From Spirochaetia bacterium (lineage in GTDB: Bacteria; Spirochaetota; Spirochaetia; SZUA-6; Bin103): 64,000 nt of DNA. Each line of letters begins with the position of its first letter. Position 1 is the first letter of the stretch. Where the stretch lies: the NCBI GenBank assembly GCA_965203905.1, contig CBDBDQ010000005.1, forward strand, positions 4,480,001 through 4,544,000, given 5' to 3'. Of the stretch, positions 40,919 to 50,421 are shown in pieces. A program made the translations under genes and the position numbers. The notes below the pieces were generated by a model. The model saw only the letters and a list, made by a program, of their open reading frames with translations. It ran no database searches and was not told where the DNA came from.

Positions 40919-42094
40919 GTGACGCAGGTGCTGCATCCTCACAAGATCCTGGTGGTCGACGATGAGCCGGACGTCGAACCGCTGGTGCTGCAGCGCATGC
41001 GGCGCCACATCCGTTCCGGCCAATACCGGTTCGTGTTCGCCCAGAACGGCGTCGAGGCCCTGGAGCGGCTGCGGCAGGAACCGGACATCGACATGGTGCT
41101 GTCCGACATCAACATGCCGCAGATGGACGGTCTCACCCTGCTGGAGCAGATCCCCAAGGTGGACCCCAACATCCGTTGCGTCATCGTTTCGGCGTACGGG
41201 GACATGGAAAACATCCGCACGGCGATGAATCGGGGGGCGTTCGACTTTGTCACCAAGCCGCTCGATTTCAACGATCTCAGGGTCACCATCGACCGCACGT
41301 TGCGCCGGGTCGCGGAATGGCGCGAGGCGCTGGCGTCGCGGGACAAGCTGGTCGCGCTGCAGCACGAGCTCGATCTGGCCAGCAAGATGCAGCAATCGAT
41401 CCTGCCGGCCCGGTTCCCCGAAGGTCCGAACTTCCGCGTGTTCGGCCACATGGAGCCCGCCCGCGCCGTGGGCGGAGACTTCTACGACGTCATGCCGCTG
41501 GAGGGCGGTCGTATCGGCCTGGCCATTGCCGACGTCTCGGACAAGGGCGTCCCGGCATCGTTGTTCATGATGTCCACGCGTACGCTGCTGAAGGGGGCGG
41601 CGGTCGGGCTGTCGGATCCCGGCGCGGTGCTGCGCGAGGTCAACGACCTGCTCAACGACGACAACGAGGCCTCGATGTTCGTCACGGTGCTGTACGCGAC
41701 GTTCGACCCGGAGAGCGGCGAGTTCAACTATGCCAACGGAGGTCACAATTCGCCGCTCATGGTGCGCGCCGACGGCAGCTCCGAGTTGCTGCCGCTCACC
41801 GGCGGGATTGCGCTCGGGGTGATGCCCGGCTTCGAGTACGCGCAGCGGACGGTCACGCTGGAGCCCGGTGACACGCTGGTCCTGTACACCGACGGCGTCA
41901 CGGAGGCGATGAACGACGAGCACGAAGAGTTTGGCGTCGAGCGGCTGCGTGCGATCTTCGCCTCCGGCGCACCGGGTGAGAGCATGAAGACCAGTCAGGC
42001 CGTGTTCGACGCCGTGCATGAATTTGCCGGCGCTACCCCGCAGTCCGATGACGTCACCTGTCTGACGCTCTGCCGCGGCGAGTTTGGCCCTTGA
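40919..42094 (+). CDS. Receiver domain plus SpoIIE/PP2C phosphatase
   Basis: ILVVDDE, SDINMPQMDG and FVTKP; VGGDFYD, ADVSDKG, YTDGVTE and QSDDVT. Confidence 0.94.
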   Translation: MTQVLHPHKILVVDDEPDVEPLVLQRMRRHIRSGQYRFVFAQNGVEALERLRQEPDIDMVLSDINMPQMDGLTLLEQIPKVDPNIRCVIVSAYGDMENIRTAMNRGAFDFVTKPLDFNDLRVTIDRTLRRVAEWREALASRDKLVALQHELDLASKMQQSILPARFPEGPNFRVFGHMEPARAVGGDFYDVMPLEGGRIGLAIADVSDKGVPASLFMMSTRTLLKGAAVGLSDPGAVLREVNDLLNDDNEASMFVTVLYATFDPESGEFNYANGGHNSPLMVRADGSSELLPLTGGIALGVMPGFEYAQRTVTLEPGDTLVLYTDGVTEAMNDEHEEFGVERLRAIFASGAPGESMKTSQAVFDAVHEFAGATPQSDDVTCLTLCRGEFGP

Positions 42095-42510
42095 GCGCGC
42101 GGCTGCAACTGAACCTCGAAGCGCGCCCCGAGGAGCTGGAACGTATCAACGCGGCGGTGGAGGAGTTCGGGGAACGTGAAGACTGGCCCCCCAAGCTGCT
42201 GTTCCGCGTCAACCTGGTGCTGGAGGAACTGGGCCTCAACGTGATGACCCACGGCCAGGAAGCGGGTGCGAGTGAGTTGGAGGTCATCGTGACCTCCGAT
42301 GCGGAAACGATAACCATCGAGATCGTGGATGACGGACCGCGTTTCGACCCGTTGCGGGACGCGCCGATTCCCGACCCGGAGGCGTCCCTGGAAGAGCGTC
42401 CGGTAGGCGGGCTCGGCATTCACCTGGTACGTACGATGATGGACGAGGTGCGCTATCGGTACGAGGACGGGAAGAACCGTCTGACCCTGGTTACCGGCAC
42501 TTCCGCATGA
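42091..42510 (+). CDS. Anti-sigma Ser/Thr kinase (RsbW-like)
   Basis: LVLEELGLNVMTHG, DDGPRFDP and GGLGIHLV. Confidence 0.92.
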   Translation: MSARLQLNLEARPEELERINAAVEEFGEREDWPPKLLFRVNLVLEELGLNVMTHGQEAGASELEVIVTSDAETITIEIVDDGPRFDPLRDAPIPDPEASLEERPVGGLGIHLVRTMMDEVRYRYEDGKNRLTLVTGTSA

Positions 42511-43811
42511 CCGGGCGCCGCTCGGGAATGGCGTGCGGCGCGTACGGCAGGCGGGGCTGGTCCACTTCCGTTGCCGGCGCGCTGCTGGCGGCAAGCCTCA
42601 TCTCCTGCAGCAGCCGGGTCGAGGAACCTGCCCCGAGTGCCGTGGTGGCACCGGTCCCGGACGCGGCGGCCGACGGCGGTTCGCGCGCCGCGGACGCTCC
42701 CGTACCCGGCGTGACCGCAACCCGCATCCGGTTCGGCCAGTCGGCCGCCTTCAGCGGCCCCGCCCAGGAGCTGGGCCGGAACATGCGACTCGGAATCGAG
42801 GCTGCGTTCGAAGAGGCAAACCGACGCGGCGGCGTTCACGGCCGGTCCCTGGAGCTGGTCTCGCATGACGACGCCTACGAGCCGGAGGCGGCCATCGCCA
42901 ACACCGTCCACCTCATCGAAGTGGACCAGGTGTTCGCGTTGATCGGCGCCGTGGGCACTCCCACTTCGCGTTCCGCGACGCCGGTGGCCGCCGAGGCCGG
43001 GGTCCCCTACATCGCCCCGTTCACGGGTGCCGAGTTCCTGCGCGACGCGAGCTGGGGCAACGTGCTCAACCTGCGCGCCTCCTACTACCAGGAGACCGAG
43101 GAGATGGTCGCGCGGCTGACCGAGGACCTGGACGTGAGCCGTATCGCCGTGCTGTACCAGGACGACTCGTTCGGCCGCGCCGGCTACCGCGGGGTGCGGC
43201 TGGCACTCGACCGGCGCGCCATGCAGCCGGTGTCGATCGGCCTCTACCCGCGCAACACGACCGCGGTGAAGACCGCGCTGCTCGACCTGCAACGGGGCGA
43301 GCCCGAAGCGGTGATCATGATCGGCGCCTACCAGCCGGTCGCGGCGCTGATCAGATGGGCGCGCCACGTGGGCATGGACCCCACCTTCCTGACCGTGTCG
43401 TTCGTCGGCAGCAACGCCCTGGCGCAGGAGCTCGGTGCGGCCGGGGCCGGGGTGTACGTGACCCAGGTGGTGCCGTTTCCCAGCGATGCCACGCTGCCGG
43501 TGGTCGGCGCCTACCTGCGCGCCCTGGCGGCGTATGACGCGGAGGCGGTGCCCGGATTCGTTTCGTTCGAGGGCTATCTGGCGGGGCGCCTGGCGGTCGC
43601 GGGGGTGCAGGGTTGCGGCACCGAGCCGGCCCGCGAGTGCTTCCTGGTCAGCCTGCTCGGCAGCGAAGAAATCGACATCGACGGCTTCACGCTGCGCTTC
43701 GGCGCGTCCGACAACCAGGGCTCGGACGCGGTGTTCCTGACCAGAATCGGCGCCGACGGCCGCTATCATCCCGCCACCAGGTTGCAGGCCGGCGCCGCGG
43801 CGCGCCGCTGA
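42507..43811 (+). CDS. Periplasmic binding lipoprotein, branched-chain amino acid (LivJ-like) family
   Basis: Lipobox-like LISC; FGQSAAFSGP, DDAYEP, GAVGTPT and LRASYYQE. Confidence 0.88.
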   Translation: MTGRRSGMACGAYGRRGWSTSVAGALLAASLISCSSRVEEPAPSAVVAPVPDAAADGGSRAADAPVPGVTATRIRFGQSAAFSGPAQELGRNMRLGIEAAFEEANRRGGVHGRSLELVSHDDAYEPEAAIANTVHLIEVDQVFALIGAVGTPTSRSATPVAAEAGVPYIAPFTGAEFLRDASWGNVLNLRASYYQETEEMVARLTEDLDVSRIAVLYQDDSFGRAGYRGVRLALDRRAMQPVSIGLYPRNTTAVKTALLDLQRGEPEAVIMIGAYQPVAALIRWARHVGMDPTFLTVSFVGSNALAQELGAAGAGVYVTQVVPFPSDATLPVVGAYLRALAAYDAEAVPGFVSFEGYLAGRLAVAGVQGCGTEPARECFLVSLLGSEEIDIDGFTLRFGASDNQGSDAVFLTRIGADGRYHPATRLQAGAAARR

Positions 43812-43812
43812 C

Positions 43813-45972
43813 ATGCACCAGCGCCTGCAGCGGCTGCTCGACTACCGCTTCCGGCTGTCGGGGCAGTTCTCGCTCGGGATCGGAGGTGCGGTGGCGCTCA
43901 CCTTCGCGGCCAGCTTGGTGGGATGGTTCTCGTTCGACAGGGTGGCCAGCGTCCAGCGGCAGGTGAACGAGGGCAGCGTGCCGGAAATGGTAGCCGCGTT
44001 CGGCGTGGCGCGGCATGCCGGCAGCCTGGTGGCCGCGGCGCCGCGGCTCACCACCGCGGCCAGCCCCGAGGAACTGGCCGTGGTGGCGTCCCGCATCGCT
44101 GCCACCGACCACGCATTGCAGGACGAGCTGGACGCCCTGCAGGAGGCGGGCGCAGACCCCGCCGGAATTGCGCGGGTCCGCACCCACGCGGATACGGTGC
44201 TGTCCAACATCGAGGCGATCCGCCTGGGGATGACCGAACTGTTCCCGCTGTACGAGCGCAGCACCGCCCTGCGCGCCGAGCTGGCCACGTTGCGCGGCCG
44301 GCTGGACGAGCTGGTGGTGCCTGCCATCGACGACCAGCTCTTCTATACCATCACCGGCTACCACACCCTCGGAGAACCACCCGCGCCCCGGGCCCAGCGC
44401 CTGTCGGAGCGAGAGCTGGGACGCTACCGCCGGCTGGCCGACCTGCACGCGGATGGCAGCATCGCCTCGCAGCTCCTGGCGAGCGCCTTCAACCTTCAGG
44501 ATGCGTCGTCGATCGAGCCGTTGCGGGAGCGTTTCGAGTCAGCCGCGGGCCGCATCGAACGCAGCCTGGCGGCGCTGGAGGAATCGCCGCTGCGCCGTGC
44601 CGTGGTACCGCTGTTCGCCCGCCTGCTGGCGTTGGGCCTGGAGCGGCCAGGCGGCTTCGACCTGCGCACGCAGGAAGTGCGACTCTCCTCGCGGCAGCGG
44701 GAGCTGCTGGCACGCAACCGTGACCTCACCGTCGAGCTGGTCGCGGTGGTGGACGAGCTGGTCGACACCGCGCACGGCCATACGCGGGCGGCGACTCAGG
44801 CCTCGACCAGGGCGATCCTGACCGCCCGCACCCTGCTGCTGCTGATCAGCGGGATCAGCCTCGGCGGCGCGCTGCTGATCGCCTGGCTGTTCGTCGGCCG
44901 GGTGCTGCTGCACCGCCTGGGGATGCTGTCCGACTGGATGCGACGCATGGCCGGCGGCGACCTGGAGGCGCGGGTGGAGATGGGCGGCCGCGACGAGGTG
45001 GCGGACATGGCCGCGGCGCTGGAGGTGTTTCGCCGCCATGCCCTCGAAGTGCAGCGGCTGAACCTGGTGGAGAAGCTGGCCGAGGAACTGCAGGGCAAGA
45101 ACGCGCAGCTGGAGAAGGCGCTCGAGGACCTGGCTCGGGCGCAGGACCAGATTGTCATGCGCGAGAAGCTGGCCGCGCTGGGCGAACTGACCGCGGGTGT
45201 CGCCCACGAGATCAGGAACCCGCTGAACTTCGTCAAGAACTTTTCCGAGGCCTCCGAAGAGCTGCTCGACGAGTTGCAGGAGGTGCTCGAGGAGGGCGGC
45301 GATAAGCTGGACCAGGAGCAACGCTCGCTGCTGGAGGAGATCAGGAGCGATCTGGTCGACAACCTGCAGCGCATCCGCTCGCACGGCGACCGCGCCAACC
45401 GCATCGTCCACGACATGCTGATGATGGGCCGCAGCTCCGCCGAGGTGCAGGAGGTGGACGTCAACGGCCTGCTGGAGGAGTACGCACGGCTGGCCTACCA
45501 CAGCGCACGGGCCAGCGACACGGAGTTCCAGCTCGACGTGAAGTTCGACCTCGACCCGGAGATGGGCGCGCTGAAGGTGGTTCCGCAGGACCTGGGGCGG
45601 GTGTTCCTGAACATGGTGGCGAACGCCTGCGACGCCACCGACGAAAAGCGGCGCACCGAAGCGGGCGAGCGGCAGCAGGACGCCCCCTACGTGCCGACGC
45701 TCTCGATCTCCAGCAAGCGCGAAGCGGAACGCGCCGTGATCCGCATCAAGGACAACGCCGACGGCATGCCGGCGGAGGTCGTGGAGAAGATATTCACACC
45801 ATTCTTCACTACCAAGCCGGCCGGCAAGGGCACCGGTCTCGGCCTGGCAATGTCCGCCGACATCGTGCGCGAGCACGGCGGTACGATCCAGGTGAACACC
45901 GAGCCGGGCGCGTTCACCGAGATGGTGATCGATCTGCCCCTGCACCCGCCCGCCGACCTGGCCGCGGAGTGA
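43813..45972 (+). CDS. Sensor histidine kinase with a TorS-like periplasmic helical domain and HAMP
   Basis: H-box AGVAHEIRNPLN, N-box NMVANACDA and FFTTKPAGKGTGLGL. Confidence 0.93.
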   Translation: MHQRLQRLLDYRFRLSGQFSLGIGGAVALTFAASLVGWFSFDRVASVQRQVNEGSVPEMVAAFGVARHAGSLVAAAPRLTTAASPEELAVVASRIAATDHALQDELDALQEAGADPAGIARVRTHADTVLSNIEAIRLGMTELFPLYERSTALRAELATLRGRLDELVVPAIDDQLFYTITGYHTLGEPPAPRAQRLSERELGRYRRLADLHADGSIASQLLASAFNLQDASSIEPLRERFESAAGRIERSLAALEESPLRRAVVPLFARLLALGLERPGGFDLRTQEVRLSSRQRELLARNRDLTVELVAVVDELVDTAHGHTRAATQASTRAILTARTLLLLISGISLGGALLIAWLFVGRVLLHRLGMLSDWMRRMAGGDLEARVEMGGRDEVADMAAALEVFRRHALEVQRLNLVEKLAEELQGKNAQLEKALEDLARAQDQIVMREKLAALGELTAGVAHEIRNPLNFVKNFSEASEELLDELQEVLEEGGDKLDQEQRSLLEEIRSDLVDNLQRIRSHGDRANRIVHDMLMMGRSSAEVQEVDVNGLLEEYARLAYHSARASDTEFQLDVKFDLDPEMGALKVVPQDLGRVFLNMVANACDATDEKRRTEAGERQQDAPYVPTLSISSKREAERAVIRIKDNADGMPAEVVEKIFTPFFTTKPAGKGTGLGLAMSADIVREHGGTIQVNTEPGAFTEMVIDLPLHPPADLAAE

Positions 45973-45997
45973 CCGCCCGTAACGGAAACGGCCCGCG

Positions 45998-46027
45998 TTG
46001 CGAATCCTCGTTTGCCGGCTTTAGAAT
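45998..46027 (+). promoter_or_regulatory. Possible sigma70 promoter for the ATP-grasp gene
   Basis: TTGCGA-N18-TAGAAT upstream of 46073. Confidence 0.45.
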
Positions 46028-46072
46028 GAAGCGGGCACCAGCGTGAGCGGGTGACCCCGAGCGGGAGATGGC

Positions 46073-47506
46073 GTGGAGTTCGACGCGTACGGCCTGGATC
46101 CGACCTACCATGACGAGATGTTCCTGGCGGATGGAACGCCGCGCGGGCACTGCCACGAGCTCCACGAAGCGCTGCGCCAGCTTTCCGCGCAGGAGCTCCG
46201 GAGTGTCCAGGAGCGGGTGACCCGTTCATTCTCGACCGAGGGGATCACGTTCACGGTCTACGGCGATGCCGAGGCCGAGGAGCGGATCATTCCCGTCGAC
46301 TGCGTACCCCGGATTCTGGCGGCCCCCGACTGGCAGCTGCTGGAAGCGGGACTGACCCAGCGCCTGCGGGCGCTGAACCGCTTCCTCGAGGACATCTACA
46401 ACGACGCCCGCATTCTGAACGACGGCGTCATCCCCGCGGAGATGGTGCACGGGTGTCCGCAGTACCGCCCCCAGATGCGCGGATTCCGCGCGCCGCACGG
46501 CACCTGGGTAGCGATCTGCGGCACCGACCTGGTGCGCACCAACGACGGATTCCGGGTGCTGGAGGACAACCTGCGGGTTCCGTCGGGGGTATCCTACATG
46601 ATCGCCAACCGCAAGGCCGTAAAGGCCTCCTTCCGGCGCCTGTACCGAAGCTCCAACGTGCGCGAGGTGGAGCACTACGGGCGCGTGCTTCTGACTACCC
46701 TGCGCGAGCTGGCGCCACCCGGGCGCAGCGACCCGACGCTGGCGCTGCTGACGCCGGGGGTCTACAACTCGGCGTTCTACGAGCACATGTTCCTGGCCGG
46801 TGAGCTGGACGCGGAACTGGTCGAGGGCAGCGACCTGCTGGCCGTGGACGGATTCGTCTACATGCGCACCACCACCGCGCTGCGGCGCGTGGACGTGATC
46901 TACCGCCGGGTGGACGACGACTTCATCGATCCGCGCGAGTTTCGTTCCGATTCGTTGCTCGGGGTGCCCGGATTGATGGATGCGTGCCGGCGCGGCAACG
47001 TGTCGCTGGTGAACGCTCCCGGCACCGGCGTGGCGGACGACAAGAGCGTCTACGCCTACGTGCCCGACATGATCCGCTACTACCTCGGCGAGGAGCCGCT
47101 GCTGGCCAACGTGGAGACCCTGCTGTGCCGCCGGCCGGAGGATCTGGAGCAGACCCTGGACAACCTCGACCGGCTGGTGGTGAAGCGGGTGGGCGAGTCG
47201 GGCGGCTATGGCATGCTGGTAGGCCCGCACGCCACGCCGCAGGAGCGCGCGGAGTACGCCGAGCAGGTACGTGCCAACCCGGCGGATTTCATCGCCCAGC
47301 CGACGCTCGCGCTGTCGCGGGCGCCGTGCCTGATCGACGGCCGCTTCGAACCGCGGCACGTGGACCTGCGGCCGTTCGTGCTGCACGGCCGCGAGACCCG
47401 CATCGTACCGGGCGCGTTCTGCCGCGTCGCCCTGCGCCGCGGCAGTCTGGTGGTCAACTCCAGCCAGGGGGGCGGAGGCAAGGACCTGTGGGTGCTGGCG
47501 GATTGA
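46073..47506 (+). CDS. Circularly permuted type 2 ATP-grasp protein
   Basis: LEDNLRVPSGVSY, IYRRVDDDFIDP, GTGVADDK and VVNSSQGGGGKD. Confidence 0.94.
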   Translation: MEFDAYGLDPTYHDEMFLADGTPRGHCHELHEALRQLSAQELRSVQERVTRSFSTEGITFTVYGDAEAEERIIPVDCVPRILAAPDWQLLEAGLTQRLRALNRFLEDIYNDARILNDGVIPAEMVHGCPQYRPQMRGFRAPHGTWVAICGTDLVRTNDGFRVLEDNLRVPSGVSYMIANRKAVKASFRRLYRSSNVREVEHYGRVLLTTLRELAPPGRSDPTLALLTPGVYNSAFYEHMFLAGELDAELVEGSDLLAVDGFVYMRTTTALRRVDVIYRRVDDDFIDPREFRSDSLLGVPGLMDACRRGNVSLVNAPGTGVADDKSVYAYVPDMIRYYLGEEPLLANVETLLCRRPEDLEQTLDNLDRLVVKRVGESGGYGMLVGPHATPQERAEYAEQVRANPADFIAQPTLALSRAPCLIDGRFEPRHVDLRPFVLHGRETRIVPGAFCRVALRRGSLVVNSSQGGGGKDLWVLAD

Positions 47507-47543
47507 GCGGCGCCGCCGCGCGCGCGAGCGCGCCGCGGGGGGA

Positions 47544-48527
47544 GTGAGGCGCGTGCTGGCGCGGAACGCACAGGGGCTCTACTGGATGAGCCGCTACCTG
47601 GAGCGGGCCAAGCAGCTCTGTCGCCTGCTGCGGCTGCAGGCGGAGGCGCTGGTGGACCGCCCGTTGCGCGAGATCCGCTTCGGCTGGCACCGCATCTACC
47701 GCACCGTGGGCAGCGAGCCTCCCCCGGGCAGCCTGGAGGCGTTCGACAGCGACGACTATACGCTGGCGGACTCCTACACCCTGGCCGATCATCTCACCTT
47801 CGATCGCCTCAATCCCGCTTCCGTGTGGAGCTGTTTCGCCCTTGGCCGCGAGAACGCGCGCCAGATGCGGCGCTGCATCAGCGCGGAGATGTGGACCCGC
47901 CTGAACCGTGCCTACCTGCGGCTCCGGGAACTCGAGATCCACGAGATCTGGCGCCCGTCGCCGGAGAGCTTCTACGCCGACACCGCGGCCCAGGTCGATA
48001 CCTTCGCGGGTGTCGCCGCGGCCACGATGTACCATGATGCGGGCTGGCGGTTCATGCGCCTCGGGCGCTACGTCGAGCGCACCCAGCTCGCGACCGGCCT
48101 GTTGCTGGCACACCTCGCCGTCGAGCGGAGCAGCGACGACTCGCGGGAGGCGGACTGGATCGGCCTGCTGCGCTGCGGCTACGCCCTGGAAGCCTACCAG
48201 CGCCGCTGCGGCATCGCGGTCGAGCCGGACCGCGTTCTGGATCTCCTGGTTACCGACACCCTGCTGCCCGGGTCCCTCTGTCATGCGCTCGACGGGGCTG
48301 CCGCGGAGCTGGCGGCCATCGGTTCCGGGCCGCACGCGGCTGCCAGCTCCTCGGTACAGCGTCTGGCGCAGCGTCTCAGCTCCCTGGTCCACTACGAGTG
48401 GCCGGACCGGGAGGACCGCGCGGAACTGCTGCGGCAGATAGACGCGGACTGTCGCAACCTGCACCAACGGGTGGTCGACGCCTACTTCGACTACCCGGCG
48501 GCAGGGCTGGCGGGTCCGCGCCGCTGA
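47544..48527 (+). CDS. Alpha-E domain protein
   Basis: LYWMSRYLERA, RENARQMR..ISAEMW and LGRYVER. Confidence 0.92.
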   Translation: MRRVLARNAQGLYWMSRYLERAKQLCRLLRLQAEALVDRPLREIRFGWHRIYRTVGSEPPPGSLEAFDSDDYTLADSYTLADHLTFDRLNPASVWSCFALGRENARQMRRCISAEMWTRLNRAYLRLRELEIHEIWRPSPESFYADTAAQVDTFAGVAAATMYHDAGWRFMRLGRYVERTQLATGLLLAHLAVERSSDDSREADWIGLLRCGYALEAYQRRCGIAVEPDRVLDLLVTDTLLPGSLCHALDGAAAELAAIGSGPHAAASSSVQRLAQRLSSLVHYEWPDREDRAELLRQIDADCRNLHQRVVDAYFDYPAAGLAGPRR

Positions 48528-49680
48528 CGGGGGGCGCCGGCGCTGCCCGGCGCCCCCGCTGCTCAATTGCGGCAGCTTGCCGGGTTCCCGGGAGCAAGGC
48601 GCGGAAACCGCAGATGCGGTGGAACGTGGTGTAGTTGGCATCGTGGGCGCGATGCGCGCCGCCGCTGCCGTCGTCGTAGGCGGTGCGCGACAGGAACACG
48701 ATGTCGTCGCCGTCGATGAGCCAGTCGACGTACTGAAACGCGTGCGCGGTGGGGTCGGGATGGAACAGCACCTCGTGGACGATGGCCCACTCACGCAGGT
48801 CGCGCGAGGCGGACAGGACCAGGCGGTTGCGGTAACGCCGCGGCCGGTCCTGCGGGTTGACCAGTGCCAGGTAGCAGCCGGTGACGGGGTCCCGGTTGAT
48901 GGTGAACTTGGTGTTGGCGCCCGGAAACGCGATCTGATCGGCGTCCGGGGAATGGGTGAGAGAGACGCCGTCGGCGGAGACGCGCACCACCACCGCCCGT
49001 TCGGCAGCACGACGCGCGAAGCGGCCGGCGTCCTGGTCCTGCCGCAGCACGTTCCACAGCTCGCCGTCCGGAGCCGCCACCATGTTGCCCTCGATCCACT
49101 GGCATTGCGACCAGCGGTGCGACAGGCGTTCGCTGAAGGTCCAGTTGGCCCGCTGCAGCAGGTCGGCGCCGGCGGGTGCCGACAGCACGAACGCCTCCCA
49201 GGTCTTGCGGTCGGGCGTCGGCGCAAACTCCATCGCCTTCCAGATCCTGCCGCCGTGCTCGACTACCGCCACGGCGGCGGTGTGGTAGCCCTCCTCGTCG
49301 CTGAGCAGGCCGCTGGCGGCGTCCCGCGCCTCGCTCCAGGTGGCTCCGCCGTCGAGCGAGCGCCGGATCACCATCCTGCCGTTGAGCCGCCCGCCATAGC
49401 GGTCGCAGTGATCGGTCCCGATCAGGTAGAGGACATCGTGATGGAGAAACAGCTTGGACCAGATCTGGCCACGCACGGTGGCAATGCGGCGCCACGACTG
49501 CCCGCGATCGGTCGACCGGTAAACGAAGCTGTCGGTGTTGGTCGCGGCGGGGCCGAACAGCGAGTGGCTGGCAACGTAGTCGCCGCCCGGCAGGATTGCC
49601 AGCGACGGACAGCCGTTGTACTGGCGCAGGGCGGCCGGAGTATGGTTCACCACCACCCCGGGAACCGTATGAGGCGTCAC
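48376..49680 (-). CDS. BNR/Asp-box sialidase-like protein
   Basis: Asp boxes STDRGQSW, SLDGGATW, SADGVS and SRDLREW. The low-complexity tail overlaps the alpha-E gene. Confidence 0.82.
   Translation of the reverse strand: MTPHTVPGVVVNHTPAALRQYNGCPSLAILPGGDYVASHSLFGPAATNTDSFVYRSTDRGQSWRRIATVRGQIWSKLFLHHDVLYLIGTDHCDRYGGRLNGRMVIRRSLDGGATWSEARDAASGLLSDEEGYHTAAVAVVEHGGRIWKAMEFAPTPDRKTWEAFVLSAPAGADLLQRANWTFSERLSHRWSQCQWIEGNMVAAPDGELWNVLRQDQDAGRFARRAAERAVVVRVSADGVSLTHSPDADQIAFPGANTKFTINRDPVTGCYLALVNPQDRPRRYRNRLVLSASRDLREWAIVHEVLFHPDPTAHAFQYVDWLIDGDDIVFLSRTAYDDGSGGAHRAHDANYTTFHRICGFRALLPGTRQAAAIEQRGRRAAPAPPVSGADPPALPPGSRSRRRPPVGAGCDSPRLSAAAVPRGPPGPATRSGPGS
48530..48557. terminator. GC-rich hairpin between convergent genes
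   Basis: GGGGGCGCCGG-CGCTGC-CCGGCGCCCCC, a perfect 11-bp stem with no U tract. Confidence 0.4.
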
Positions 49681-49833
49681 ACCGCCAGCGTAGCATCCGG
49701 CCGCCATCTCGGCCAGCCGGCTCACCGCGGGCACCGCAGGCACCTCGGACGCTGTGCGAAATCGCCGGACACGCTACGATAGCGCGCAACCGCGTCGCAG
49801 CCGGGCGGCGTGGTCGGCAGGGAGGATTTGACC

Positions 49834-50391
49834 GTGACCGTAACGCGTACTCTGGTGCGCACCACCTATCTCGAACTGCAGGCGGCGACCGAGCCGCGCC
49901 CGCCGGGACGAGCGAAGCCCGACTACGAACTGCGGCGGGCCGCCGCCGCCAGCCCGGAGTTCGCCCGTTTCCTGTATGCCGCCGTCGGCTACCGCTGGAA
50001 CTGGACCAGGCGACTCGGTTGGACCTGGGCGGAGTGGGACAACTACCTGCGACGGGACGGTCTGCAGACCTGGGTCGCCTATGTTGGCGGCACCCCGGCG
50101 GGTTTCTTCGAGTTGGCGACCGGCGCCGCCGGCGGCGTCGAGATCGTCCAGTTCGGGCTGCTGCCGAGCTTCATCGGCATCGGGCTCGGCGGCTATCTGC
50201 TGTGCGATGCCGTGCAGCGCGCCAGGGAGCTGCGCCCCGGGCGAGTCTGGCTGCACACCTGCTCCGAGGACCACCCCCATGCGCTGTCCAACTACCGGGC
50301 CCGCGGCTTCCGGCCGTTCAAGGAAGAGGAAGAGTACGAAGACGTGCACGCCGACGTCGAGCTGTGGCCAGGCGCCCAAGCTCCACACTGA
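49834..50391 (+). CDS. GNAT acetyltransferase
   Basis: FGLLPSFIGIGLGG and WLHTCSEDHPHALSNYRARGF. Confidence 0.88.
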   Translation: MTVTRTLVRTTYLELQAATEPRPPGRAKPDYELRRAAAASPEFARFLYAAVGYRWNWTRRLGWTWAEWDNYLRRDGLQTWVAYVGGTPAGFFELATGAAGGVEIVQFGLLPSFIGIGLGGYLLCDAVQRARELRPGRVWLHTCSEDHPHALSNYRARGFRPFKEEEEYEDVHADVELWPGAQAPH

Positions 50392-50421
50392 TCGAAAGCA
50401 GCGCCGACGGGCGCCCGTAGA

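Noticed and set aside
48376-48527. 152-bp convergent overlap of the sialidase-like and alpha-E genes
   Set aside because: The tail is low-complexity and probably reflects a lost stop codon rather than a function.
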